Positions 38,191 to 48,242 of a stretch of DNA of 64,000 bases are shown here, piece by piece; positions within the stretch are counted from its first letter, which is position 1, and each line of letters begins with the position of its first letter. The notes beneath the pieces are model-generated. The model saw only the letters and a list, made by a program, of their open reading frames with translations, had not been told where the DNA came from and ran no database searches. The DNA is from Candidatus Ryanbacteria bacterium RIFCSPHIGHO2_02_FULL_45_17b (GTDB taxonomy: Bacteria; Patescibacteriota; Minisyncoccia; Ryanbacterales; 2-02-FULL-48-12): contig MHNO01000009.1 of NCBI GenBank assembly GCA_001819815.1, positions 460 to 64,459 of the forward strand. Direction: 5' to 3'. A program made the position numbers and the translations under genes.

Positions 38191-39856
38191 AATAATGGAT
38201 TATAAACTCTGACAACTTATGGAATGGCTCTGATAGTGTTTGAGAAGCATAGCGCACCCCGACTGGTTTTTCAAGAAAAATCAATACCAAAAATTGAGGA
38301 TCAAAAGCGGGGGCATATCCAAAAAATGTGTGTAAATAAGAATCAGAATATCCGCCGTCGGCATCTGCCATCTGCGCGGTCCCCGTTTTTGCGGCAATAT
38401 AATACCCAGGCATAGCTACCAAACCGCCCGCGAGTGTCTTGTCAACAACTTTTGAAAGCATGCGCGAAACGATTTCCGTTGTCTCTTGCCGCAACACGCG
38501 TCTGCGCACCGAAGGAACTGTTTTTGTAACAAGTGTGTCTCCCTCCATAACGCGATCCACAATATACGGCCGCACCAACTCCCCTCCGTTCGCAATTGCC
38601 GAAAGCGCGGTCGCAAGCGCCATGGGAGTTACAGCAATACCTTGACCAAACGAAGCCGTCGCATATTCTACTTCTCTTCCTACCTCCAAATTTTGCATAT
38701 TTCCCGCTATTTCTTGCGGAAGGTCGATGCTTGTTGTATCTCCCAAACCAAACCGCTCCATATAATCCTTAAACTGCGGCATACCAAGCTGTTGCATAAC
38801 AAACACCGCTCCCGTGTTTAATGATTGATCTAAAATATCATACATGCTTTGCGTGCCGCGCCCTTTTCCATCATAGTTTTTTATTTCAGCATCCCGTACG
38901 CGCACAAAGCCCGCGTCATAATACGTGGTAGCTTCTGAGACAGCATATGCGTCAAGCCCTGCCGCCATTGTTAAGGGTTTTACAATAGAACCCATCTCAA
39001 AAACTTTTTGCGTAAAGGGATTCAAAAATACGTCGTAATCTTTTACCGTGTTATAGGCATTTGGATCAAAACTCGGCAAACTTTCCATGGCAAGAATAGC
39101 CCCTGTTTGCGGCTGAATGACAAGAATTCCGGCGGAAACCGCGTCCCACTTTTCCATAAGATCTGCCGTAATTTGATGAGAAATAGATTGTATATGCGGA
39201 TCTATGGTCAATACGATATCGGCACCCTCTTTTTTTTCTGTGAGTGATGTTTTTCCAAATGAAGACAGAAAGCCTCCTTTCGATCTTCTATCGGTAGAAT
39301 CTCCTGAAAAACCGGCGAGTATTTTTTCATATTGCTGTTCAATTCCATATCTTCCGACGCGTTCATTGTCCACATATCCCACAAAACCAAGCGCATGGCT
39401 TGCGATTAATCCCTCCGGATATATCCGACCTTCCTCTCCCGCAATCCATACGCCAGGAATTTGCAAACGCATAACTTCCTCCGCTTTCTCTTTGGGAATG
39501 TCCTTCAGAAACACCGCGTACGTGCTTGTAGCCGAAGCACGTGAAAAAAATTCTTCCTTGTCAAAATTCATGATGCGTGCCAATTCTTCATACGCTGCTG
39601 CGATATCAGTAATTTTTTGCGGATTACCCGCAAGCATATACGCGCGTTTTGTAACAGCGGCAGGCACCAATGCTCCCTGCCTATCCGAGAAAAAAATATC
39701 ACCTCTTGTGGGAAGCGATGAAAACGCGATTGCGTGCTGTTTTGCCGCCGTTTCTCCATATACATCCGCATAAGAAACCTGGAGAAAAAAGAGGCGTATA
39801 AGAACTACCCCCGCCATACCGACCAAAAGACCTCCCAAAACAGTAAATCGATTCAT
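38168..39856 (-). CDS. ftsI: penicillin-binding protein (class B transpeptidase, FtsI-like)
   Basis: N-terminal TM helix; SxxK (GSIVKPL), SxN (SFN/SLN region) and KTG (KTGTAQ). Synteny ftsL-ftsI. Confidence 0.85.
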   Translation of the reverse strand: MNRFTVLGGLLVGMAGVVLIRLFFLQVSYADVYGETAAKQHAIAFSSLPTRGDIFFSDRQGALVPAAVTKRAYMLAGNPQKITDIAAAYEELARIMNFDKEEFFSRASATSTYAVFLKDIPKEKAEEVMRLQIPGVWIAGEEGRIYPEGLIASHALGFVGYVDNERVGRYGIEQQYEKILAGFSGDSTDRRSKGGFLSSFGKTSLTEKKEGADIVLTIDPHIQSISHQITADLMEKWDAVSAGILVIQPQTGAILAMESLPSFDPNAYNTVKDYDVFLNPFTQKVFEMGSIVKPLTMAAGLDAYAVSEATTYYDAGFVRVRDAEIKNYDGKGRGTQSMYDILDQSLNTGAVFVMQQLGMPQFKDYMERFGLGDTTSIDLPQEIAGNMQNLEVGREVEYATASFGQGIAVTPMALATALSAIANGGELVRPYIVDRVMEGDTLVTKTVPSVRRRVLRQETTEIVSRMLSKVVDKTLAGGLVAMPGYYIAAKTGTAQMADADGGYSDSYLHTFFGYAPAFDPQFLVLIFLEKPVGVRYASQTLSEPFHKLSEFIIHYYGILPDR

Positions 39857-39865
39857 ACTAGTATG

Positions 39866-40159
39866 TTATTCTGCACGGGCAACAGATGTATCATGTGAAA
39901 GAACATGCACGTTCCCCCCTGCAACCAATTCATACCGTCGAGCCCGTGCCTCCAACCAAGAACCAACAGCTAAATGAGTACGCTCTGTCTCTAGTGCCCG
40001 CAATTCTTCCTCTACATCCGCGAGGTGTTTATTCTCAGCTGACTTGCCATAGGTATGAACAGCAATTTTGTTTATGCCGTAAATATAAAGAGCTCCAAAC
40101 GCGACAAAACAAAGCGTGAATAAGATCATTATCTGTGGAGCTTTTTTATACATATTCAT
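39866..40159 (-). CDS. ftsL: cell division protein FtsL-like
   Basis: 97 aa with one TM helix and a coiled coil, positioned between rsmH and ftsI. Confidence 0.5.
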   Translation of the reverse strand: MNMYKKAPQIMILFTLCFVAFGALYIYGINKIAVHTYGKSAENKHLADVEEELRALETERTHLAVGSWLEARARRYELVAGGNVHVLSHDTSVARAE

Positions 40160-40166
40160 AATGTTT

Positions 40167-41033
40167 TTATGTGATACGTTCGGCTACACGCAATTTTGCA
40201 GACCGGGAACGAGGATTTTCTCTGCACTCCTGGGCAGAAGCGCGTATGGGTTTTTTTGTAATGCGGCGTAAGATGCCATTTCGTTCTTCTTCACGGAAGC
40301 ACTCTTTCACAATGCGATCCTCTCCCGAATGGAATGAAATAACCGCTATGCGCCCGCCTGTTGCCAATAAAGAAATTGCCTCCGCAATTCCTTTCGCAAC
40401 ATGTTCCAATTCATCATTCACGCGCATGCGTAATGCCTGAAATGTTCGTGTTGCGAAATGAATTCGACCCCGACGATACGAACCCGGTACCGCCTTTCGT
40501 ATAATTTCAACCAACTCCGCGGTAGTTTCTATGCGTCCGCGCTCGCGCTGTTCTACTATGCGCCGCACAATACGGCGCGCAAAGCGTTCTTCGCCTAATG
40601 TGAATACTATGTTGCGCAGTTTATCTTCAGGCCATGTATTAACCACATCCTTCGCTGATATACCTGAATCGGTGTCGTAGCGCATATCAAGCGGTTCATC
40701 GCGAAGAAATGAAAACCCTCTTCCGGATGATTCTACATGAAAAGAACTGAATCCAAGATCAAAGATTATCCCATTTACATTTGAAAATCCGCGCGTTTCA
40801 GCAATATGCCGAATATTCGCGAACGTATCACATGCAACCGTAAAATCTGAATCTTGTAATTTTTCAACAAGCTCATGATCACGATCTACTCCTAAAAGTT
40901 TTCCCTCTTTTCCAATGCGCTCCGCTATTGCTCTTGCGTGTCCGCCGCCATTTATGGTTGCGTCAATGAACACGCCGCCCGGCTGTGGATTAAGATGGTC
41001 TAAGATTTCATTTAGTAGTACAGGTATGTGCAT
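40167..41033 (-). CDS. rsmH: 16S rRNA (cytosine1402-N4)-methyltransferase
   Basis: MHIPVLLNEILDHL...GGVFIDATINGGGHA and HSGEDRIVK motifs. The track ORF starts 18 codons earlier. Confidence 0.9.
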   Translation of the reverse strand: MHIPVLLNEILDHLNPQPGGVFIDATINGGGHARAIAERIGKEGKLLGVDRDHELVEKLQDSDFTVACDTFANIRHIAETRGFSNVNGIIFDLGFSSFHVESSGRGFSFLRDEPLDMRYDTDSGISAKDVVNTWPEDKLRNIVFTLGEERFARRIVRRIVEQRERGRIETTAELVEIIRKAVPGSYRRGRIHFATRTFQALRMRVNDELEHVAKGIAEAISLLATGGRIAVISFHSGEDRIVKECFREEERNGILRRITKKPIRASAQECRENPRSRSAKLRVAERIT

Positions 41034-41111
41034 GGGTTTTTCCTGCTTTGAATTACGCAACAGACATCCGATGACATCATATTTCATTATTCAAGGTTTC
41101 TTAGCGCCCCC

Positions 41112-41546
41112 TCAAAATGCGCCAATCTCCCCTAATTTTTCCGCAAGCATATCCGCATCTTTTTCCACCTTTTTTTTGTAGTTGTTCCACAATTGCTCAT
41201 CCCAAATCTCAAGCCGGTTATATACGCCGGTAATAACAACCTGCTGACGTAACCGCGCGTACGCTCTCAAGTGTTCGGGAATAAGCATGCGCCCTAAGGC
41301 ATCAAGCGCGATTTCTTCCGCGCCCGCGAGCATCAAACGCACGAACCCGCGCGTAGTTGCTTGCCCTGCGGGAAGAGCGCTCAATTTTTCAGCAATGCGT
41401 TCCCACTCTTCGCGCGGATACAGAAACAAAGACAAATCCAATCCGCGCGTAAGCACCACGCTCCCGCCCAACTCGCGCCGAAACTTCGACGGCACTGAAA
41501 GCCGTTTTTTTGTATCAAGGTTGTGTTTGTATTCGCCAAGAAACAT
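41112..41546 (-). CDS. mraZ: transcriptional regulator MraZ
   Basis: MFLGEYKHNLDTKKRLSVPSKFRREL is the MraZ N-terminus, with a duplicated SpoVT/AbrB-like module. Confidence 0.9.
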   Translation of the reverse strand: MFLGEYKHNLDTKKRLSVPSKFRRELGGSVVLTRGLDLSLFLYPREEWERIAEKLSALPAGQATTRGFVRLMLAGAEEIALDALGRMLIPEHLRAYARLRQQVVITGVYNRLEIWDEQLWNNYKKKVEKDADMLAEKLGEIGAF

Positions 41547-41559
41547 ACCAAAAATTTAA

Positions 41560-41635
41560 ACTATCCCACTTACTCCCACTTTCATACACAAATATACCAC
41601 TTACGCCTACACTATACCAATGAAATACCACTCTG
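41560..41635 (-). promoter_or_regulatory. candidate MraZ operator: direct GTGGG/GTGGT repeats upstream of mraZ
   Basis: On the minus strand: GTGGG-N5-GTGGG (plus coordinates 41565-69 and 41575-79), with further GTGGT repeats at 41596-41600 and 41626-30. They start 19 nt upstream of the mraZ ATG. Confidence 0.45.
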
Positions 41636-41644
41636 TCACACAAA

Positions 41645-41676
41645 ATAAAAAACGCCTTATTTTAAGCCGTTTTTTA
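41645..41676. terminator. bidirectional terminator (A6-stem-T6)
   Basis: aaaaaa-cgccttattttaagccg-tttttt: 7-bp stem with one mismatch, flanked by A- and T-runs. Downstream of the 636-aa gene on the minus strand. Confidence 0.55.
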
Positions 41677-41869
41677 TGAACCCGTAATATATCTGGCAAC
41701 GTTCCACACATGTTTTCCACAGGTTTATATTCGCTCTATCCTGTTTCTCCTGCTGGTAATTCTTCCATCAACGTCTCGTACACAACATCTCGATCAAGAT
41801 ATTTATTCTTTTCAACGATCCGTCGCATTATTTTCTCAATCGGCCAATCCTCGAGTGATTCTGAGATAT

Positions 41870-43780
41870 TTATTGTTGCCGTTTTATGTCAGCAACCTTT
41901 GCAATCAAATCTTCATAATCTACTCCATCAGCTTCTTTGTTTAGCTCTTGGTATATAGTCTCCATTTCCTGTTGTTGGTCTTTGGAAAGCCTTGGTACAT
42001 CAAGATTAAAAATACCCAATTCTTTATCATTCTTAATCTCTTCCCACAGACGTATCACTAATTTTCCTTTCACATATCGGCCAAAGCCCGTGAGAAGAAA
42101 AGTATCTATTTTAGAAGTCTGCGCTTCAAAAGAAAACATTCCCCGGATAAGTTTGTGCGCTTCTTCTGGAGCTACCGTCTTGAGCTTTTTAAGTACCTCT
42201 TTTCTAACCAAAAAATTATATGGATAGTTTGCATCTAATAACTCATCAAAATATAGATATTCATAAACTCTGTACATTTCCTTGAGATCAGTAATGCTAA
42301 TTTCAATACTGTACTCTTTTTGTAGCTTTTCCTTTGCACGAATAAGTCCTTCCTCATCTTCTTGATCCAAAAAATCATTGATACCTTCTAATGTGTTTTT
42401 AATAACATCTTTAGAAAACCCTTTTTCAACCATTGATGCAAACAATGAGGCGGTATTGTAGATCCCGTCATGAGTGATGGGATCTGACTGAGGTATATAT
42501 CTATCTGCCGTTTTTTCACTAGCCAAAAAATGTGTTACTCCCGAAGGAAATGTATGTGTCGCCAAATCCGCCACCGTAGTTCCTAAAAACCTCTTGGGTT
42601 TACCAGGCGCGTGGTCATGAACCGCATATTGAAAATACATCAACTTCTCTATGTCCCCCATAATATTTAACACCTCTGCATAATCAAACGGCGCGACTTT
42701 CGCAATTTCACCGGATACGTTGCGGCCTAGCTTTTTGGAGTGACTATTTTGTAAAAATTCCTCCGCCTCAAGAGATGACTCAAAAGCGGCAAAATAAGGA
42801 CGCGTTAAAAATCCTAACGAGCTCTTTATTTCCTGAAGTATTTTTTTATTCATTTCTTCCTGCGTTGAATCATCTCTGTCGAAATCCTTACTCAACCGTT
42901 CCTTGAGCGTTCGCAAACCTTCCATATAATAAGCAAGCGTATTGTGTAGCCAAACCATTGTTTCGGGATTACTACGCAAATATCCAGATACTGCATCATC
43001 TGCTAATATATCCATGGTCGCCTCATTGTTGGCGATGAGCAAGTCAGTCCAATACATACTTTTTTCAGAATCTTCTAGTGGATTTGGCATAATAAGCAAC
43101 GACTCATCCATCCAATCTGCTTTGGATATCTCAAAACCATCACCCATGCTTGTATGTTCCCGCAAATATGCCGTTACATGTTCTGTATCAACAAGATCTT
43201 CCAGTACTATATGATCTTTCAAGCGATTAAAACGGTCGCCTGGCGCTAAGCCTTGATTGATATGAATGGGCTCATGGAACCTATACATAAGACGATTCAA
43301 TACTACCAGCGTTTTTTCAAATGCTGTGGGATCTTTATGATTCTCACTGGCACCGACAATAGACTCCAGAACTTTTTCCCCATCTATGGTTTTGGTGCTT
43401 AATGTAAAACCTTCTTTTTTGCCAAAATGCGGCTTAAAGGGTCCATTCTTTAACAAATCCGGCATTGCCGAAACTTGTTGGCTAAATATAACATGGGAAC
43501 CAAAATACATTTCTTGGGGCGCAAACCCAAAAGCTCCCTCCTTATTCAGCTCAACAACTGACTTACGTCCTGCAAATTCCCAAACCGCCTGAACATACCG
43601 CTCCACTTCTTCATCAGGAATCTCTGCCTCTAAGAGCATACGCCTCGTAATCGAAAGCGGACTATTTAGTGATTCCTTTGCTATATCTCGCTCTACTTGT
43701 TCTGGTAATCCCACAAGAACAGAATCTGGAAACTCCTCAACTTCAACATCAAAGTGAAATTTTTTTCCTTCTGGAGACAT
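41870..43780 (-). CDS. large hypothetical protein (636 aa) co-operonic with lysS; possible HD-type metal-dependent phosphohydrolase signature
   Basis: Long ORF 17 nt downstream of lysS. NSHSKKLGR...(41 aa)...AVHDHAPGKP resembles the H...HD spacing of dGTPase/SAMHD1-type HD domains. Tentative. Confidence 0.55.
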   Translation of the reverse strand: MSPEGKKFHFDVEVEEFPDSVLVGLPEQVERDIAKESLNSPLSITRRMLLEAEIPDEEVERYVQAVWEFAGRKSVVELNKEGAFGFAPQEMYFGSHVIFSQQVSAMPDLLKNGPFKPHFGKKEGFTLSTKTIDGEKVLESIVGASENHKDPTAFEKTLVVLNRLMYRFHEPIHINQGLAPGDRFNRLKDHIVLEDLVDTEHVTAYLREHTSMGDGFEISKADWMDESLLIMPNPLEDSEKSMYWTDLLIANNEATMDILADDAVSGYLRSNPETMVWLHNTLAYYMEGLRTLKERLSKDFDRDDSTQEEMNKKILQEIKSSLGFLTRPYFAAFESSLEAEEFLQNSHSKKLGRNVSGEIAKVAPFDYAEVLNIMGDIEKLMYFQYAVHDHAPGKPKRFLGTTVADLATHTFPSGVTHFLASEKTADRYIPQSDPITHDGIYNTASLFASMVEKGFSKDVIKNTLEGINDFLDQEDEEGLIRAKEKLQKEYSIEISITDLKEMYRVYEYLYFDELLDANYPYNFLVRKEVLKKLKTVAPEEAHKLIRGMFSFEAQTSKIDTFLLTGFGRYVKGKLVIRLWEEIKNDKELGIFNLDVPRLSKDQQQEMETIYQELNKEADGVDYEDLIAKVADIKRQQ

Positions 43781-43797
43781 AGATTTAATTTAATATA

Positions 43798-45249
43798 TTA
43801 CTTCGGCCGCATTAAGGGGAAAAACACCGTTTCCCTGATTGGGCGATCCAGTAAGAACGCAAACAACCGCTCTGAGTACGCGAAACCGGCTGTCGGCGGC
43901 ATGCCGTATTCCAATGCTTCCACAAAATCTTCGTCCATTCTCTGCGCTTCTGTATCTCCCGCCTTGCCAAGTTGAGCTTGCTCCCTAAAACGTTCTCGCT
44001 GATCAAAAGGATCATTTAACTCCGAAAATCCTTTGCCAAGTTCCGATCCTCCCGCCACAATCTGAAAACGCTCAACCCTGCCCGTATCTTCAGACCATCG
44101 CTTGGCAAGCGGTTCGATATCAACCGGCGGCAAAACTAAAAACCCGGGTTCCCAAAGGTTGGGTCTGACCTTCTTTTTAAATATAATATCTATCAACCTG
44201 CCGCGTCCCGCATGTTTTTGCGTATCAATGCTGTTATTGCGAGCGTACGTTTTTAATTCTTCTTCGGATACGCCAGCCAAATGTAATCCGGTGTATTCGT
44301 GAAAGACATCATAGTAATCTATCTGCTTCCACGGCAAAGACCAGTCTATCATTCTATCTTGATACGCATGAGTTAAACCCCCAAGTGTTTTTTCTATAAC
44401 ACATGTAACAAGACGCTCAACTATCTGCATGAGCTGTTTATAATCGGTATAAGACCAGTACATCTCCATTTGCGTATAATCTTGCAAATGTTCGCGATCT
44501 ATACCTTCGTTCCTGAAAATTCTTCCGATTTCAAATATCTTATCATAGCCGCCGACAATAAGACGTTTTAAATTAAGTTCCGGAGCAATCCGAAGATACA
44601 GATCAATATCTAAAGCATTTAAGTGTGTCTTGAATGGTTCAGCATCAGCGCCGCCAGGAATTCTTTCTAACACCGGAGTCTCCACTTCTAGCCCGCCTTC
44701 CCGTATTAAAAACGTGCGTGTTTCCTGCCAAAAAAGAGATTTTTTTACAAACAAATCTCTGGCGTTCTGATCCATTATGAGATCAAGATAGCGGCGGCGA
44801 AGCCGTTCCTCAACATCTTCCAATCCGTGCCATTTTTCCGGCAGAGGCAACAGAGATTTTGCAAGCATGCGCCATTCTGCAGCCTTCAATGTCTCTTCTT
44901 CTTTTTTGGTTGCAAACAGCGTGCCGGATACTTCTATAATGTCCCCTACGTCTACGACAGAATTAAAAAAATCGTAGGAATCTTTTCCTAATATGTCTTC
45001 TTTGAGATAACCTTGCAATGTACCTGTGCCATCTTCTATATCTAAAAACGTGGAACCGCCATGGCTTCGCATGGCACGCACGCGCCCTACAATGGAAATA
45101 GGCTGTCCGGAATGTTCTAAAGACAAAAAATCAGCGTGCGCGTTATGGATGGTATGCGTGCGTTTTGGATCCGATGGATACGGATCCATGCCATTTTCCC
45201 GCAGAAGTTCAATTTTATGAAGCCGTATTCGGCGAATTTCTTCCAACAT
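43798..45249 (-). CDS. lysS: lysyl-tRNA synthetase (class II)
   Basis: ETPVLERIPGGADAEPFKTHLNALDIDLYLRIAPELNLKRLIVGG and FEIGRIFRNEGID match LysS closely. The motif 3 region is divergent (GFAYSERL instead of GLGIGIDR). Confidence 0.9.
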   Translation of the reverse strand: MLEEIRRIRLHKIELLRENGMDPYPSDPKRTHTIHNAHADFLSLEHSGQPISIVGRVRAMRSHGGSTFLDIEDGTGTLQGYLKEDILGKDSYDFFNSVVDVGDIIEVSGTLFATKKEEETLKAAEWRMLAKSLLPLPEKWHGLEDVEERLRRRYLDLIMDQNARDLFVKKSLFWQETRTFLIREGGLEVETPVLERIPGGADAEPFKTHLNALDIDLYLRIAPELNLKRLIVGGYDKIFEIGRIFRNEGIDREHLQDYTQMEMYWSYTDYKQLMQIVERLVTCVIEKTLGGLTHAYQDRMIDWSLPWKQIDYYDVFHEYTGLHLAGVSEEELKTYARNNSIDTQKHAGRGRLIDIIFKKKVRPNLWEPGFLVLPPVDIEPLAKRWSEDTGRVERFQIVAGGSELGKGFSELNDPFDQRERFREQAQLGKAGDTEAQRMDEDFVEALEYGMPPTAGFAYSERLFAFLLDRPIRETVFFPLMRPK

Positions 45250-45284
45250 TGAATTCTAGCGCCTAGAGCCTGTCTCTCTAGATC

Positions 45285-45809
45285 CTAGCTAATTGCCACT
45301 ATAACATATTCCGAGGCTCCGCGTGGAGTTGTAACAGTTATCACTTCTCCTTTTTTGCAACCAAAAAACGCCCGTCCCAACGGAGACTCATGAGAAATAT
45401 GACCCGTAAGAGGATCTGCTTCCTCGGAAGACCCAACCATTATGTATGTTTCTTCTTTATTCGATTCCTTCATGCGCGCCACAATAGTTGAACCGATTCC
45501 AATTGATGTGGTGGAAACGCGTTTATCAACAACAGTAGCACGACGCAATAATTGCTCCAGTTCTCCAATGCGCATTTCGTTCAGCATCTGCTCTTCCTTT
45601 GCGGCATCAAATTCCGCGTTTTCAGAAAGATCTCCCAAACTCTTCGCGTATTCCAAACGCTCTGCAATTTGAATGCGCTCCTGCGTCTTGAGAGTCTCAA
45701 GTTCTATTTTGAGCTTCTCGTATCCCTCACGACTCATGTATTCAACACTTTGCCCGCCTGCATCGTTGAGAGGAGTTGTGGAATCGTTATTTTTATTTCG
45801 ATCGTCCAT
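45285..45809 (-). CDS. greA: transcription elongation factor GreA
   Basis: Coiled coil with the acidic tip (...SENAEFDAAKEEQ...) and C-terminal SHESPLGRAFFGCKKGEVITVTTPRG. Confidence 0.9.
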   Translation of the reverse strand: MDDRNKNNDSTTPLNDAGGQSVEYMSREGYEKLKIELETLKTQERIQIAERLEYAKSLGDLSENAEFDAAKEEQMLNEMRIGELEQLLRRATVVDKRVSTTSIGIGSTIVARMKESNKEETYIMVGSSEEADPLTGHISHESPLGRAFFGCKKGEVITVTTPRGASEYVIVAIS

Positions 45810-45832
45810 ATATGAGTCCCTATCCTATCTAT

Positions 45833-47749
45833 TTAACAGTTGTTTGTCAACAAACCCTGTGGAAAACACCACTGTAAGATTTCATGTGCCACGGCTGTAG
45901 CGCCAACAAGATTTCCCGCAGGCCCATTCTCCATGTTTACTACAAGTACAAGCTTGGGGTCTTCTATGGGTAAAAATCCGATAAACCATGAATGAGTACG
46001 CCCTGACTTGTCAACTTCAGCTGTACCTGTCTTTGCCGCAACGGGCAGTCTTATACTGGCAACACCCATCGCCGTGCCCTCCGTTACCGCCAAGCGCATT
46101 CCTTTCTGCACAATATCCAGACTTGAGCCGCTTATAGAAATGGGAAGCGGTGTCTGAGTACTAAGGATGTCGCTGAGTTCTTTCTTTCCATCACGGGCAA
46201 TCGTCTGTACAAGACGCGGCTGTAAAAGTTCTCCCTTGCGAGCAAGCGCCAATGTAGCTCGTGCCATCTGAAGCGGAGTCACGAGAAACCAACCCTGCCC
46301 AATACTCATATTATAAGAATCCCCCACGCGCCACAATGGATCATCGGGATACGTCCGCTCTTTCCATGCTTTGTCCGGCACCAATCCATCCTCTTCGCTT
46401 AAAAGATCAATACCTGTAGGCTGACCAAAACCAAACCGCAAGAAATAATCATGCATCCGCTCAACCCCCAACCCCTTAATAGCGCCATGACCACCGCCCA
46501 CTGTATAAAAATATGCATCAGAAGAGACAGCGATAGCTCGTAGCATATTAATGGGGCCGTGATTTTTCCAGTCTTTAAAAATAGCCGGATGGTCAGGATC
46601 AAATGGATTTGGAACTACGATGCGCCCTTCCGTGTATATGACCCTTTCTGGATCTATGACATGCTCGTCAAGAACGGCAGCGGCAAGAAATGGTTTTACG
46701 GTGGAGGCAGGCGGATAGAGCCCCATAACGGCGCGAAAAAATAACGGATGGTTTTTGTCTGATAATATACGGGAAACTTCTTCTCGCGGGACACCCGTAC
46801 TCATGACGTTGGCATCAAACCCCGGATAACTTACTAATGCAAGGACATCTCCCGTTTTTACATCAAGCGCTACTGCGGAGCCACCAGCAAATCCTCGTTC
46901 CTCCGCTATTTTTTGAATTGCCTCATAGGTAATTTTCTGTAAATCAGCGGAAATACTTAGTGTGAGATTTCCTCCCCGATCTTCGCGCCTATATACCCCT
47001 TCGGACAATACCGCGCCATGAGAATTTGTCTCTACAATCTTTACACCCGGGTTTCCGCGCAAAACTCCGTCATATGCTCCTTCAATTCCTGTTTTTCCGG
47101 CTTCCATCCATCCAATCATAGAAAGATCCTTCGCTATGTCTTCTTCGGTAACGGCGCCAACATAACCGACCACATGTCCAAATGCAGGATGCGGCATGTA
47201 GGCGCGAAGCGGCATGGGTACCACCTGAATAGAGTCTTCATCTTTGAAACGCGTCATGATATCGTTTGCGATGCTCCACTCACGTATATAATCAACCACG
47301 ATCTCTCCTTGCCCCCAATGATACTCTATAATCCCCACAACCTCCGCGCTGTCACGATTTAACAGGCGAGCCAATTCCTCCAGACGAGGCAAAAGTACAT
47401 TTTTTTGAGCTTCGCGCGTATCCACCACTACGCGAAAACCCGGCACATTGTATGCAAGGGGAACACCCACGCGATCAAAAATAACACCACGCTCGGGAAG
47501 GATGGTCTGATGCACAAGCCGATTATCCTCCGCCCGCATGGCGTACGCTCCTCCTTGGGCAAGCATAAGATATCCAGCGCGAACGGCAAGAAGACCGCCT
47601 ATAACAAAAAAAATACCGCCGACTGTCCAAAATACCCGCGTGCTTATAGGACGTTCAAAAACTCCTTCAAACCGCGTGGTATCAAACCCGGGCAAATTTT
47701 CTGTATCAACTAAGGTTTCCTCCACGGTAAGTTTTCTTTGGTAATTCAT
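45833..47749 (-). CDS. mrdA: penicillin-binding protein 2 (elongasome transpeptidase)
   Basis: N-terminal TM helix; SxxK (ASTVKPFL), SSD and KTGTAE motifs. Synteny mreBCD-mrdA. Confidence 0.85.
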   Translation of the reverse strand: MNYQRKLTVEETLVDTENLPGFDTTRFEGVFERPISTRVFWTVGGIFFVIGGLLAVRAGYLMLAQGGAYAMRAEDNRLVHQTILPERGVIFDRVGVPLAYNVPGFRVVVDTREAQKNVLLPRLEELARLLNRDSAEVVGIIEYHWGQGEIVVDYIREWSIANDIMTRFKDEDSIQVVPMPLRAYMPHPAFGHVVGYVGAVTEEDIAKDLSMIGWMEAGKTGIEGAYDGVLRGNPGVKIVETNSHGAVLSEGVYRREDRGGNLTLSISADLQKITYEAIQKIAEERGFAGGSAVALDVKTGDVLALVSYPGFDANVMSTGVPREEVSRILSDKNHPLFFRAVMGLYPPASTVKPFLAAAVLDEHVIDPERVIYTEGRIVVPNPFDPDHPAIFKDWKNHGPINMLRAIAVSSDAYFYTVGGGHGAIKGLGVERMHDYFLRFGFGQPTGIDLLSEEDGLVPDKAWKERTYPDDPLWRVGDSYNMSIGQGWFLVTPLQMARATLALARKGELLQPRLVQTIARDGKKELSDILSTQTPLPISISGSSLDIVQKGMRLAVTEGTAMGVASIRLPVAAKTGTAEVDKSGRTHSWFIGFLPIEDPKLVLVVNMENGPAGNLVGATAVAHEILQWCFPQGLLTNNC

Positions 47750-47756
47750 ACTTGAT

Positions 47757-48242
47757 TTATGCGCGTCTATATAATTTTAGTAAAACCACGTGACTACCCA
47801 TTGCCACCAATAGAGTTAAAAAACCCAAGAGACTATCATATCCGTACAGCATGATCACTTGAGATTCTTTTTCCAAAAAGAGATACAGTGCTCCAAGAAC
47901 TATGGTGTATATTCCCCACACGAGAGAAGCCACGAACCCACGCGCGGCTATACTCCGTTCATCCATCAATTTCATGTATAAACTTACACCTGCCATACTC
48001 CCTCCAAGACCGAGCGCATGCACACCAAAAGGCGCAAGAGAAACACTATCCCAGATACTGCCCATAAGAACTCCCAACACAAATGCAAACGGCGGCGTCA
48101 TGTAAGTAGCAAGATACAATGAGGCGGCCGGAAAAAACAAAAAATTTGGACTTCCGGAAGCAACAATAATCTGAAACAAAAAGAGTGCGCCTACTCCCCC
48201 GCCCGCCGCCATATTTTTTAATACCTTATTCATAAGACACAC
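47757..48242 (-). CDS. mreD: rod shape-determining protein MreD-like membrane protein
   Basis: 5-TM small membrane protein directly after mreC. Confidence 0.5.
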   Translation of the reverse strand: MCLMNKVLKNMAAGGGVGALFLFQIIVASGSPNFLFFPAASLYLATYMTPPFAFVLGVLMGSIWDSVSLAPFGVHALGLGGSMAGVSLYMKLMDERSIAARGFVASLVWGIYTIVLGALYLFLEKESQVIMLYGYDSLLGFLTLLVAMGSHVVLLKLYRRA

